The notes: generated from the letters alone by a model not told the origin. Shown: positions 12,801-25,423, counted from the first letter of the stretch. The stretch is 64,000 nt of DNA from Dicyema japonicum (GCA_011109175.1 RDEW01000009.1:981652-1045651); one strand, 5' to 3'. Made by a program: numbers and translations.

Positions 12801-12999
12801 TCTTGACCCTATTATCTCCTGATTATCATTGGGGTGTCAAAATGAATCCCATCCCCCATTTCAGCCTAACCCTCATGCCGCTAAACATCGAGGGAGTAAA
12901 ATGAAGATATTTGAAGTCCGTCGATTTCTATCCATACTCAATAATCATCATTTGTCTTCAGCCTTACCAGTTCTTCCCCTTCTCCCAACTTTCTTGGTT

Positions 13000-14080
13000 A
13001 TGACGTCATCCGACAATACCGCCGTCCGGTAGCGGAGTAGAACTCATAACTTTTGTCAAGAAAGTGATCATCTACAGCGTGAACACCAAAATTGACAGCA
13101 TACTCTCGCCCATCTCCCCACGGATAGACATTGAAGTAGTCACGATTACGAATATGTACAACTCCTTCCAGTTTTAGCCCGAAGTACTTCAACCTCAACT
13201 GGCAGATCTCCGTAAAACACCCGGCTTAGTTCAACAAGCAACTGGCAAATCTGGATGACCTAGTAATTTTATAAACACGAGAACACTGTACAGATCCAAA
13301 GATAGTATTACATCCCCCGAATTAACACTCGCTTCTGGTAGTATCGCCCCTCTCGTCAGTTGGCTTTTGGTTTTTGACTTAAAGAGTGACCCCAACCCTA
13401 CACTTATAGTGATAAAAGGAAAAGCTTTCACAAAAAAGAGACAGCCCAGGTTAGACTATAAGAATGTCGATTGGATGAAATTCACCCACTTCGTTGACTA
13501 TAACCTGGTCGGATACAAAATGAAAACTTTTAGGTCCACTAATAGCTCAGTCTCCCATTTCAACTGAATAAAAACGTTTATGAGAAACCCACCTACTACT
13601 TTGGGGTGATGATAGATTTAAAACAGTTAAATTAATAAGACAAAATCAAGAGTCTTCAAACCAACACATGAGATCAGGGAAAGACCCTTGATAATGTCTT
13701 CAAACTGAGGCCACAACAGTTGGAGATATAAATATCCTGATTGCTGTGGGAAGTTGATAGTAGCGGATTCTTGAAACCATGGATCGGGTCTTTGTATATT
13801 GATGAAGATAAATTCCCTCGTGAGCTTATAAAACGAATCAGTAGTAGAATCAGCCTTTTCAACAATTGTGCTGGTAAGCGCGAGTGACCACAATCCTATT
13901 TTATTGACGATCAGGAGGGAAGTATTTTGTGAAAAAAAGTCGATCTACAAATACAATTTCGCAAACTGGAACCTTTTCCGGATTATTACTGAATACCGTT
14001 TGGCTGAGGTAAATCTGGAAGATTATCACATAAATGACGGCGTATCACATTATTTATTTAACACCCAAGACCACGATAAA
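13000..14080 (+). mobile_element. Degraded LINE APE-endonuclease fragments (mirrored at ~15680-16730 on -)
   Basis: TSPELTLAS...DLKSDPNPTLI...RLDYKNVDWMKF and SASDHNPILLTI...KYNFANWNLF, both EN C-terminal SDH-type motifs. Confidence 0.75.
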
Positions 14081-14333
14081 ACCAAAACTAACTATCACGT
14101 GATCCCGATGCGCTCCGCCAAAATCCTCATTCTTTCCCGGTGCTCCTCCCTCGTATCCACAAAGCTCGTACAGGGCGGATTACTGTATTTGCAGGGCCAC
14201 CTTCCCGCATGCCAGAGCTTTGTTTAATAAGGGCCTCCAAAGTAGTCGGTCCGGTTCTGTGTGTCCCACAAGATCACCGTTCCGTAATTCTGAAAGCCTT
14301 TTTGAACGTCCCCAATCTTCTTAATGTTCTCCC

Positions 14334-15070
14334 TTCTTTGAGAAAAGGAGTTGTTGACCTGACATTTCTCTGTTTCATCTTCGCCCAGATCGTTTGGAAC
14401 GTCAATGAACTGAGTTGTTAATTACACCAGGGGACTGGTAGCTTTAACCACAACTTCTGAGACTGCACTCGGAATATAAGCGATGTAAGAGTCATCACCA
14501 GCTGTGGCACTCTTAGACAGACTATAATGTATGTCTTTCTTTTGCACCTTTTATGTTTATTTGAATAATAACAGGGGAATGTTGACTTTGAGTTTATTTC
14601 TGTATTGCCAAAACTCAATAATAGTGGATTCCCATTTATATATTTGTTAAATGGCAACTGTTGTCTCACGTATACAAAAAGGTTAAATAACAACATTATG
14701 ACCAAATAGTAATATTATTCCAACGGTGGAGGTTCACAGGAATCATCAATAATTGGGGGGTTCTTTCTTTATATTTGGTTTCAAAGTAATGCTCACAACA
14801 TCATTGAGAGAGACTGATTGAGACTTGTAAGTTGTCCTGTGTTTATAATTCCTAAATGATATATTCTCCTTTACTTTGAATTGTTAATATTATTTGAGAC
14901 ACGTGGTTTTGATAACATAGTATTATTGTTGATCTGATCTTCAATTACACAATTACCTTCGGCATAGTAATTGTCAAATGTCCTGTTATCTTAGAACGTT
15001 GACAAATTGACATTGATGGTGAGATCTCCTCCTCAAGACATAATTGAAAGATCTCGATAATTTAAGTGAG
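14334..15070 (-). pseudogene. LRRC6: Duplicated 3' end of LRRC6 (last three exons, introns retained) plus ~380 bp of 3' flank
   Basis: Reverse complement of 21602-22335, near-identical. Still reads [31 protein letters not shown]...EPPPLE*. Confidence 0.9.
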
Positions 15071-15074
15071 CGAC

Positions 15075-15680
15075 TCAACGCCTGAATAATGAAGAACCGA
15101 CTCACGATAAATTCCAGAAAGTCGGTCACGTCTATGTTTACTTCGGACAAAAGGTTGGGGAAGATGACTGCCAAGTTAAAATTGGACAACATTGAAATCC
15201 CCTTCACTAAATGTCAGAAGATCCTGGGCGTGACACTGGATACACACCTATGTTTGTCACCACACGTGGCAAACATTGTTCTGAAGTGCGAGAAGAGGAT
15301 CAATGTATTAAAATGTTTATCTGGAATATGGAAGACAGGTACCCACCCAGTCTTGATGAACATTTACAAGCAATACATCGAACCATGCTTCTCGCGAACA
15401 TTAAGAAGATTGGGGACGTTCAAAAAAAGGCTTTCAGAATTACGGAACGGTGATCTTGTGGGAGACACAGAACCGGACCGACTACTTTGGAGGCCCTTAT
15501 TAAACAAAACTCTGGCATGCGGGAAGGTGGCCCTGCAAATACAGTAATCCGCCCTGTATGAGCTTTTGTGGATACGAGGGAGGAGCACCGGGAAAGAATG
15601 AGGATTTTGGCGGAGCGCATCGGGATCACGTGATAGTTAGTTTTGGTTTTACCGTGGTCTTGGGTGTTAAATAAATAATG
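15075..15680 (+). mobile_element. 5'-truncated LINE ORF2 3' end (RT thumb and C-terminus)
   Basis: KNRLTINSRKSV...KCQKILGVTLDTHLCLSPHV...YKQYIEPC, ending in gtgttaaataaataa. Confidence 0.85.
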
Positions 15681-17905
15681 TGATACGCCGTCATTTATGT
15701 GATAATCTTCCAGATTTACCTCAGCCAAACGGTATTCAGTAATAATCCGGAAAAGGTTCCAGTTTGCGAAATTGTATTTGTAGATCGACTTTTTTATCAC
15801 AAAATACTTCCCTCCTGATCGTCAATAAAATAGGATTGTGGTCACTCGCGCTTACCAGCACAATTGTTGAAAAGGCTGATTCTACTACTGATTCGTTTTA
15901 TAAGCTCACGAGGGAATTTATCTTCATCAATATACAAAGACCCGATCCATGGTTTCAAGAATCCGCTACTATCAACTTCCCACAGCAATCAGGATATTTA
16001 TATCTCCAACCGTTGTGGCCTCAGTTTGAAAACATTATCAAGGGTCTTTCCCTGATCTCATGTGTTGGTTTGAAGACTCTTGATTTTGTCTTATTAATTT
16101 AACTGTTTTAAATCTATCATCACCCCCAAAGTAGTAGGTGGGTTTCTCATAAACGTTTTTATTCAGTTGAAATGGGAGACTGAGCTATTAGTGGACCTAA
16201 AAGTTTTCATTTTGTATCCGACCAGGTTATAGTCAACGAAGTGGGGGAATTTCATCCAATCGACATTCTTATAGACCAACCTGGGCTGTCTCTTTTTTGT
16301 GAAAGCTTTTCCTTTTACCACTATAAGTGTAGGGTTGGGGTCACTCTTTAAGTCATAAACCAAAGACCAACTGACGAGAGGGGCGATACTACCACAAGCG
16401 AGTGTTAATTCGGGGATGTAATACTATTTTTGGATCTGTACAGTGTTTTCGTGTTTATAAAATTACTAGGTCATCCAGATTTGCCAGTTGCTTGTTGAAC
16501 TAAGCCGGGTGTTTTACGGAGATCTAGCAGTTGAGGTTGAAGTCCTTAGGGCTAAAACTAGAAGGGTTGTACACATTCGTAATCGTGACTACTTCAATGT
16601 CTATCCGTGGGGAGATGGGGGAGAGTATGCTGTCAATTTTGGTGTTCACGCTGTAGATGATCACTTTCTTGACAAAAGTTATGAGTTCTACTCCGCTACC
16701 GGACGGCGGTATTGTAGGATGACGTCATAACCAAGAAAGTTGGGAGAAGGGGAAGAACTGGTAAGGCTGAAGACAAATGATGATTATTGAGTATTGATAG
16801 AAATCGACGGACTTCAAATATCTTCCTTTTACTCCCTCGATGTTTCGGCAGTTGATGAGGGTTAGGCTGAAATGGGGGATGGGATTTATTTTGACACCCC
16901 AATGATAATCAGGAGATAATAGGGTCAAGAAGGGTGTCGTCTGAACTGCAATTAACTCACTTAAGTGGAAAACCATGCGTCTTCTTTTCTTATATGAAAG
17001 GTACTCTCGAAGAATCGACCAGAACAATGGCCGGAGATTCTGGGTTTCTGCGAACAACTAGGAAATCCATTTGGGAAAAAGTTATATTGTGGGGAATCCT
17101 GAAAGGACACTTCATCGAGTTTCTCTTCAGAAATTCGAAAAGACACTTCCAGAAGACGATGGGATCGCTGGGAGTCTGAGAATTTCCAGAAGTTGGTATC
17201 ATTTAGTTGGCTTTGATGCTGGGTTCAAGGTTTTCTCTTTTCCACATTGGCAGTGTCCCTTAGTCCATGCCGGCATCATACGTGTCAGCATAAATTTACC
17301 CTTCTACATATTTTGTGGTGAGTTTATACAGACATCCATGTAATTGGCTTTGTTATTGTTCGTAGATATGCAATCGTGCCTAACATTTTTAAATATTTAT
17401 ATACTTCTTTTCCAGTTGTCCGAGGCTGTTTGGCGACGTTTCGCACGAGTAAAGATGGAGAACGTCTTGTAATTTGTGTTGTTGCTTCTGACATGGGTGG
17501 AATACCAAATCGATTATATCTCATAATAGTGTTTATAATTGATTGGAATATTTACGTTTTTGAGACCATTATATATCCTCTACTATCTTGAGGTTCTCGT
17601 TCTACATGGTCTGATTTTAAATGGACGCTCTTTTCTTTTAAATTCGGACTTTGTTACTCGTCAATCTAGCATACATAATCTAGTATGTATGAAACAAATT
17701 GGAAATGTATTAATGTAAATGAATGTTAATAATTAATGTTGGAGCGTAATAAAAACAAAAATAGTTAAAAACAGAATATTGCTATGACTTTTTTCCACTG
17801 AAAAATAAAAATTCAATAAGAAATTGAGATTCGCGTCGATTAAAATAATGAATATATAAAAATAATCATTAGCATTGTTAGATGTTGAAAAACGACATTA
17901 TTATA
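15397..17905. repeat. Right arm of the long inverted repeat, ending at an N (17906)
   Basis: Reverse complement of 11823-14329 with scattered SNPs and 1-nt indels. Confidence 0.92.
16930..17591 (+). CDS. Uncharacterised protein fragment with a WYHLVGFDA motif (right-arm copy)
   Basis: ORF 17071-17343 contains SWYHLVGFDAGFKVF; ORF 17376-17591 ends in a hydrophobic stretch. Confidence 0.35.
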
Positions 17906-18125
17906 NCAATACGGACAAGGTTTCGCAGTCCATGAACATCTTGTGTTTCCATGGTAACTAGATAATTGCTTGATTTAACAAAGAATTTATTTCAAATAAT
18001 AAAAAAAAATATTTTTTAAGTCTTGACATTAAGACCGATCTTTTTCCATCAGAAAATTAAACCTATACATAAATTTGAAAAATACCTTCGGCTCATTTTC
18101 CTTTTTGTAGCACAACTCAATATCC

Positions 18126-18530
18126 CTAAGCTCGTTTGGATATTCTTTTACCATACGATGGATACCTCACTAGCCATTCCAGAGAGGGCGCTTGCCTTCT
18201 CCCCTGTAGTACCTTCTCCGTAACTTTTTGATACAGATGGCATCTTGAATGGCTCGCCCTGTGTCCCTCCTTGTCACAGTTCACGCACTTAAGAAACCTG
18301 ACTTTTGATTGGCAGACCTTCCTCGAATTTAGACTTCCCACAATTCAGGAACTTTTCTTTATAAGTGCATCGAGCTGGTGTGGCCGAGTCCGTGGCAGCT
18401 TATGCAGAAGCCAGACAAGCCAGACTGGATTGTCGATGTTCGCTCTACAGCCACACCGAACCTAGTAACCAATGCGTACTTTCTTGAGGCAGATCCTCTC
18501 TGCCTATGCTCCAAAGCGAAGCCACACCTT
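18126..18530 (-). mobile_element. LINE ORF1 (gag-like) fragment with CCHC zinc knuckles
   Basis: FCISCHGLGHTSSM and KCVNCDKEGHRASHSRC. Confidence 0.7.
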
Positions 18531-18533
18531 CAA

Positions 18534-18768
18534 TAACTAATCGATGAGGAAGAACCAAGGAATGCTATTCATTTCTTTTTTATTTTTTTGTGTGTGAGTC
18601 CATTTGTGGACGATCCAGGTTCTGTATTGAGATGTTCACTGATGACGACGTCACGTTTAAAGTCGAAGCAGCGTAGATGCGTGGAACCTTCAGTCGGAAT
18701 GTACAGCAACGAGATTCGAACTGAGTCCATCAGGCACTTTGTCAGACACTCATTAGTCTGTGCCACCC
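18534..18768 (-). mobile_element. tRNA-derived SINE family 1
   Basis: Minus strand reads gggtggcacagac...cagttcgaatctcgttgctg...gaaggttccacgcatctacg...ttccttggttcttcc...gattagtta. Confidence 0.75.
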
Positions 18769-18819
18769 AGTTTCTTTATCAGCCAAGTAAAATTAATATT
18801 TGAATATTATATATAAAAT

Positions 18820-19330
18820 TAATATTTGGACCTAGTAACTGCGAGGATCCAAAAGAAAATTGGAATTCTCAAGGCACTCTTCACTCACTCTCCTGCATCT
18901 CTCCGCCCATCGTTAGAGCGTCTATACAAACAATTTGTTCTACCTAGTATCGAGTACGCCTGTGATGCATGGATTGCCTGCTTATCAATATCGGACAGAG
19001 CAAGCTGGAGGTTTTACAAAATCGATTTCTCAGGATTCTATTGAGATCGTCGAAAAAGACGTACACCTCGTTCTGAGGAGAATATTAAACGTCCCCCAAT
19101 CATGGAATACCTTACGGAACGTCACCGGGACTTTCTCAAGATGTCAAAGTCCCCTGACTATCCCCTCGGACCGCACATCATACTATATATGGACGTTTCC
19201 ACTGTTCACCCTCGTCTCGCCTGCCTGAGATATGAAAAGAAACCTTCCTTGCTGTGGAGATTAATCCAGGACTCCAGAACTAACCGTATGAAAAGGACTG
19301 GTGTGGACACCCGGATCAATTAATAACTTT
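18820..19330 (+). mobile_element. LINE ORF2 C-terminal fragment
   Basis: KKIGILKALF...RLYKQFVLPSIEYACDAW. Confidence 0.75.
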
Positions 19331-19439
19331 TATCCTCTTTCTCGTGATTTCGGGTTAAATTATCAGGATAGTGGTTGTTTTATTCAAACTGAAGGTAGGC
19401 TCTAAGATCTCTGAATATGTGAGCTTAACAACTGATTTA

Positions 19440-19640
19440 TTTTCAGAAAGACTCTAACTGTATAGGTAATCTGACTGTTTACAGTCCTCACGCAATAACG
19501 CCGTTGATGCCTCTGTTCTCGTACTTTTACCAGCGCTCCTCAAACAGGAGAGAGCGTGGAGACCTTTACCGTTGACCTTCCTACCATATCGACAGCGGTG
19601 GGTTACGCAATCTCCTTTCCGGCTACGACTAAGCAAATTG
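19440..19640 (-). mobile_element. CRE-like retrotransposon C-terminal zinc-knuckle/RLE fragment
   Basis: CRYGRKVNGKGLHALSCLRSAGKSTR matches the CxCG..VD..GLHxLSC..SAGR..RH pattern. Confidence 0.6.
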
Positions 19641-19729
19641 TTTACTCAAAAATATTTCACCTATCATTTCGGCATTCATATAAACTGATTTGTCTTAAGA
19701 GCTTGATACCACACAGTGTCAAGGGATTT

Positions 19730-20400
19730 GGTTAAATAACATGCAGAAAAATCCAAAGTCTCGTGCCTTGGGTATCTGAGTTAAGGTAAAAAACAGTTTC
19801 CACATGCCCCGGTGTTCCTTCTCGTACACGCACATGACCGCACTGGACTGCTAACTGAATTAACGGGGTACATCTCGCATCCAGGAGTCCAGTCGCATAA
19901 GAGTTTCCAGAGGTATCGATATTCGCCACTCCAAATCTCCCTCTTCGACATTTCCTCAATCTTTATCATGTTCTTCCCAGATATGGAAGGATCTCACGAG
20001 GTGCATGTATATAGGATATAAAGTTCGATGTATTGTCTGTACACGTTCCTCATAACCAGATGAATGCCGATCTTCCAGATTTCATTTAATACATTGAACT
20101 AATTTTAACACTTCGTAGGAATCTTTTAAGCAAAGATGCATATCACGTGTCACACCCAAGATTCTTTAACATCTGTTGAAGGACGTCGACCTTGTTTAAC
20201 TTCAAGCTGACTGACTTGATTTAAAATATTTTGTCCGAGGTAAAAGGATTGACTTTTCTACACTCATCAATGGATTACCGCCATCATGATGATGTTGGTG
20301 GGTCGCAGAAAGTCGACACATATTGCATCCCAAACTAACAGTTTCCCCTCTTTGAAGAGAATGACTTTGTCTCTCCTGTCCCAGACAGTGGGTTCTAGTA
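19730..20400 (-). mobile_element. Degraded LINE RT/C-terminal fragment
   Basis: THQHHHDG/ADD region, ILGVTRDMHLCL and YKQYIE-like segment; same family as 15075-15680 and 46680-47130. Confidence 0.7.
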
Positions 20401-20503
20401 TGGACTCCAGTATCTTATTTAACCAGATTATTTATATTTATTTAAATTGTGTTTAACTAAAATTATTATTTAAAATATTAAAAATATTGTTAAGCAACAA
20501 TAA

Positions 20504-21956
20504 ATGAGAAGTAATATGGAAGTGTAATAAATTAGTAAGTGAAGACTTAATTCGTAAACGTGCAGAGCATAATGATAAGGAAATATACACATTGGAAGAA
20601 GTCTCCCTTCATCAATTTGATATTGAAAAGTAAATGTTCAAATAATAACTAGAATCGAAAATATAGACAGGTGGTGTAAAAAGTTAAAAATTTTATATTT
20701 ACAAAACAACTTAATCTCCAAAATTGGTATATTAATTTATTAAATCAAGAAAATGTGGGGAGACTGAAACAACTCGAGTATTTGAACTTGGCCTTAAACA
20801 ACATTGAGAAAATTGAAAACCTACAAAGTCGTTAATTTAAACATTTAAGACTGTGAGGCACTTAATAAGCTGGATTTGACTGTAAACTTTATTGGAGACC
20901 TTAAAAGTATAGAAAATCTCAGTAAACTTGAAGACTTTGAAGAATTGTATAATTTATTATAATAAAGATTCCTCATGGGGAATCCATGCTCTGATTATGA
21001 GGGGTATAGAAGCTATGTAATAGGGACTCTGGGTAAACTTAAGGTTTGAGATATTTTAACAAAGTGCTTGGATGGAACACAAATAGAGAGGTCTGAACGA
21101 ATAATGGCTGTACAGGTAAATATTTTGAGTAAAGTAGAATTATGAGAATACAACAAAGCTAATAGAAGAGCAACAGCAACAATATTTAATAAAAAGAGTT
21201 ATATTTCCCATTTTAATAGGAATTACAAAAAATGAAGGAGGCCTGCACTATGCCTAATGAGAAGGAAGAATTCACTCCCGAGTCACGAATTAGGATACAC
21301 AGACAAATTCAAATTGACAAAGAAAAACCGACTAAGAAAAGCTATAATAACGAAAATAAATTACAAAGTCGATCACTTTTTATGCCTGATGGTAGACCAA
21401 TGAATATTAATGAACCAAAGTTAAACCACGTGTTTTATTTGAGGATCAATTTTAATATGAGTAATGACGACGACTGTATTGTGGTAGAAATTCAAGTTTA
21501 CAAGTGAATATTTGCTAATTAGTCAGATATTTGGACAGTTCGTTGATACAAGTAGATACTCAGCCGACATATTTACGAGTACTTGTAAAGGGAAAGGTAC
21601 CCTCACTTAAATTATCGAGATCTTTCAATTATGTCTTGAGGAGGAGATCTCACCATCAATGTCAATTTGTCAACGTTCTAAGATAACAGGACATTTGACA
21701 ATTACTATGCCGAAGGTAATTGTGTAATTGAAGATCAGATCAACAATAATATTCTGATATCAAAACCACGTGTCTCAAATAATATTAACAATTCAAAGTA
21801 AAAGAGAATATATCATTTAGGAATTATAAACACAGGACAACTTACAAGTCTCAATCAGTCTCTCTCAATGATGTTGTGAGCATTACTTTGAAACCAAATG
21901 TAAAGAAAGAACCTCCAATTATTGATGATTCCTGTGAACCTCCACCGTTGGAATAA
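20504..21956 (+). CDS. LRRC6: Dynein axonemal assembly factor 11 (LRRC6/tilB), intact, 14 exons
   Basis: Splices by hand through 13 GT-AG introns of 21-25 nt into an open frame: [114 protein letters not shown]. Confidence 0.97.
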
Positions 21957-22619
21957 TATTACTATTTGGTCATAATGTTGTTATTTAACCTTTTTGTATA
22001 CGTGAGGCAATAGTTGCCATTTAACAAATATATAAATGGGAATCCACTATTATTGAGTTTTGGCAATAACAAAAATAAACTCAAAGTCAACATTCCCCTG
22101 TTATTATTCAAATAAACATAAAAGGTGCGAAAAGAAAGACAAACATTATAGCCTGTCTGGGAGTGCCACAGCTGGTGATGACTCTTACATCGCTTATATT
22201 CCGAATGCAGTCTCAGAAGTTGTGGTTAAAGCTACCAGTCCCCTGGTGTAATTAACAACTCAGTTCATTGACTTTCCAAACGATCTGGGCGAAAATGAAA
22301 CAGAGAAATGTCAGGTCAACAACTCCTTTTCTTAGAGGAGAGAGATCTTGGTGGGATAATTAATTAGTATGTGGCCGCGTAGTCAAATGGGTGATGCCAC
22401 ACTCGTGGTATGATTTAATAATATGGTTTTAATTATTAATTAGATTTTAAAAATAAATTTAAATATAATAACATATTTTAGAGGTGTTAATGTATCCAAA
22501 GCAACGTGGCCCAGAACAGCATGGAGACGCCTAATGAAGCAGATTTTTGAAACGTGTGGCACAAACGGGACCTTGGTTAATATAACGTTCTTTGGTTCTG
22601 TGAAAGTGCTTTTTAATAA

Positions 22620-23760
22620 TAATGTGGCCTAGACGGAATTCCTTTTATTCTGTTGAAACACTTGGGCCCAGCATCAATAAATGCATTGACAATCATCTAC
22701 AACACATCGCTAGATATAAATACCATACCGACTTTATGGAAACTATCAAAAAATCGTACAATATTGAAACCGGGAAGATCGAAGAACAGTCTCCTTTATA
22801 TGTGTATTGTCGAGAATCCTGGAGAAACTGGTCCTAAAACTTATTCACCCCTTCTCTCTCCCACAACCTACATTCCAACATGACTTCAAGAAAGGATTAT
22901 CAACAACCTCCTTCCTAACAACACAATGAAGTTCATAACTGAAGGACACAAGAACAAGCCAAAACAAGAAAAATCGGTCATATGTACAATCGACATTCAA
23001 AAAGCATTCGACTCTGTCCCAAGGAAAATCCTCAAACAAAAATATTTTGACAAAAATTGATACACCACTAAAGTTATGGATAGCAAATTTCTTAAGTGGA
23101 CGCCGAGGGAAAGTGTCCGTCGGAAACAAGAGTTCCAGATCGGATTATTACCCAATGGTGTACCCCAGGGATCTCCTTTGTCACCAATCCTTTTAATTTA
23201 TTTCTGAATGATCTCCCCGTACCTATGAATAATAATGACATGCTACTTTCCTATGCCGATGACATAGTTGTTGCATGTAGGACGTAAATCGAAAATGCTA
23301 AAGAAAGACTACAAGGAACACTAAATAACATATATGGATGGCTATTCGAAAATCGATTAAATGCATGTTCCGAAAAGTCAGCAGTCACTCTATTCACTAA
23401 GAATAGAAAGATGGGAATGCAAACAATTGATTTCACGTTAAATGGAGTGCCTATACCACAAAAGAAATCGCAGAAGAAACTGGGAGTAACTTTTGATACT
23501 TTCCTCTGCTTCTCAGCCCATGTGGAATCTATCATTTCAATCTGTGCAAAGAAGATAAACTTTGTAAAGGCCTTCCTTTGTAACTGTGGATTAATTTATC
23601 CACCATGTGTCAGGACCCTCTACAGGCAGTACATCGAGTTAACAATAAGCTATTCACGTGCTGTGTGGGGATTTAACCTTGCGGCAACGAACCTAATAAA
23701 AATTCATGAGATCCAGTCAAAGCAAATTACTGGTAAAATATACGGATAAAGAAATTGCCC
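22620..23760 (+). mobile_element. Degraded LINE ORF2 RT
   Basis: KHLGPASINALTIIYN, IDIQKAFDSV, PQGSPLSPILFN, SYADD and KKLGVTFD. Confidence 0.88.
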
Positions 23761-24129
23761 CAGAACACTGATCTATCATAGAGGAAACTGGAGCAATTTC
23801 AGAAGAAGAGGGAAAAAAGACCCCCGTCCGTATAGAAATGTGTGGGGTCACGGTCCAATTATTGAGAGATGCGGGATCACTTGAATATTAGTTAGTGGTA
23901 AGACGGTGTTTGTTTGGCTTAAATAATAATAAGGTACTTAAAGAATAAAACTGTTACAATCATTAAAAACGTGGATAGAGTTATGAATCGAATCGGTTGG
24001 ATGTTACACAAAGATCTCTGTCCCTCCACTGGATCATATAGCACTATTTAATCGGATCTACTAACCGCTATTGATAGTGCTTTACGTGGATTTAAATAAT
24101 TGCTGATCAATTGATATCGTCATTGTTGG

Positions 24130-24562
24130 ATGATGCACGGAAACCCACCTCCTAAACCGCCCAGTAAAAGGGTTCCTCTAGGATCTTCTAATCGGAGAGT
24201 AAGACCTCGACCAACTGTGCCCAGTTTACCACCTCCACTCCCATCCAAGCTTATTCCAAGTTATAATTTCTTGTGGATTTGCAGAATCACCTCAAAATGA
24301 GAGATCTGCATCAATCAACCTGGTCTCTAAACCTCCAATTTCTCCACGTAGCCTTGTAAAGACATTCGACCATGTCCCTAGTGCTCAAATTCCTCAACAT
24401 AACCTCAAAAAACTAGTAGGGACCACGACAGGTACCGTAAATGACAAAAATCACAGATCTGACCATACTGAAATTCCACCCGATGACCATCCCCCACCCA
24501 AATTCACCCATGCCTATGCTCGGTACTGTAAAATGATTAACAACGAACGTGTCTATGAATAA
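24130..24562 (+). CDS. Proline-rich hypothetical protein (one 25-nt intron; 5' end uncertain)
   Basis: MMHGNPPPKPPSKRVP...PPPLPSKLIP|gttataatttcttgtggatttgcag|KSPQNER...NNERVYE* stays in frame across the intron. Confidence 0.5.
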
Positions 24563-24634
24563 AACTTTATTAGTAAATATATGTTATATTTTTCTATTTT
24601 CTCATTTTTTTCGCCATTCTCCTTTCAGAATCAG

Positions 24635-25050
24635 TCACCTCTTCTTTAGTCATTAAAAGATTGTTCTCGACTTTCTTGCCCATTCTCCCAATCGCTCTGG
24701 AGGTTTCGAAGTGATTGGGACGATCGGAACGAGGACCGAGTATTTCTCTGATATTTTGTTTTTTTGTGTAGATTATATATTCTCCGATATTGTTTTTAAG
24801 AAATCCAAAAAAAAACTAAGAAATGAGGCGTCAAAGCCAACTAAGTGATCCCAAACTCCTATAGTCAATTTAGTATAATCTAGATATGACTTTCTTTCTC
24901 GATGGAAATGGATCATCTCCAAACATCGGTACGCCAATGTCCCGGTTATAATCCACCAAACTTAAAATCAACAAATCAAACAGATAATGTTGGTCACTAG
25001 CAGCCAATTTATCTCGATCATATCCTGTCATCTCCAGTGGAAGACTATTT
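24635..25050 (-). CDS. Putative membrane protein (3' part) with a WDHLVGFDA motif
   Basis: INWLLVTNII|21-nt intron|FWWIITGTLAYRCLEMIHFHRERKSYLDYTKLTIGVWDHLVGFDASFLSFFFGFLKNN...KEKR*. Confidence 0.45.
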
Positions 25051-25423
25051 CTCAGTATCTATGCTTCATTATTTTATGAAAATAAAATTTCGACTTCCAT
25101 GATCCCCAAGTTTTTTGGATAATCATCGATATGTTAATATAGTATCATCCACCTCCAGGGAATTATGTTGATGTCTGTGGAATTTGCTCACAATAGTATG
25201 TTTGTACTTTTGCTGCTATGCTTACTTTAGTACAGGGTTTTCAAGATTAAGCCACAAGTGCGTCACATCAATCCGAACAATTTTAACATCAAGGCTAGAA
25301 TTGATCACATTTACTTGCCACGTGACCACTTGGCTCTTCATATCTTCACAGTTATCGCTAACTTTGTATTTTGCTAATGTCGTAGAATCTTAAAAATGAA
25401 AATAGACTAAAGTTATCATTAAC

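Larger units (their letters stand above)
11823..14329. repeat. Left arm (~2.5 kb) of a long inverted repeat
   Basis: Mirrored ORFs (12136-12351 - vs 17376-17591 +; 12203-12403 + vs 17324-17524 -; 13367-13567 + vs 16163-16363 -). Paired coordinates sum to ~29727. Confidence 0.92.

Noticed and set aside
20504-21956. Myxozoan origin of the sequence
   Set aside because: Myxozoans lack motile cilia, whereas LRRC6 is intact here, and the 21-25 nt introns fit dicyemids better. Disfavoured rather than excluded.
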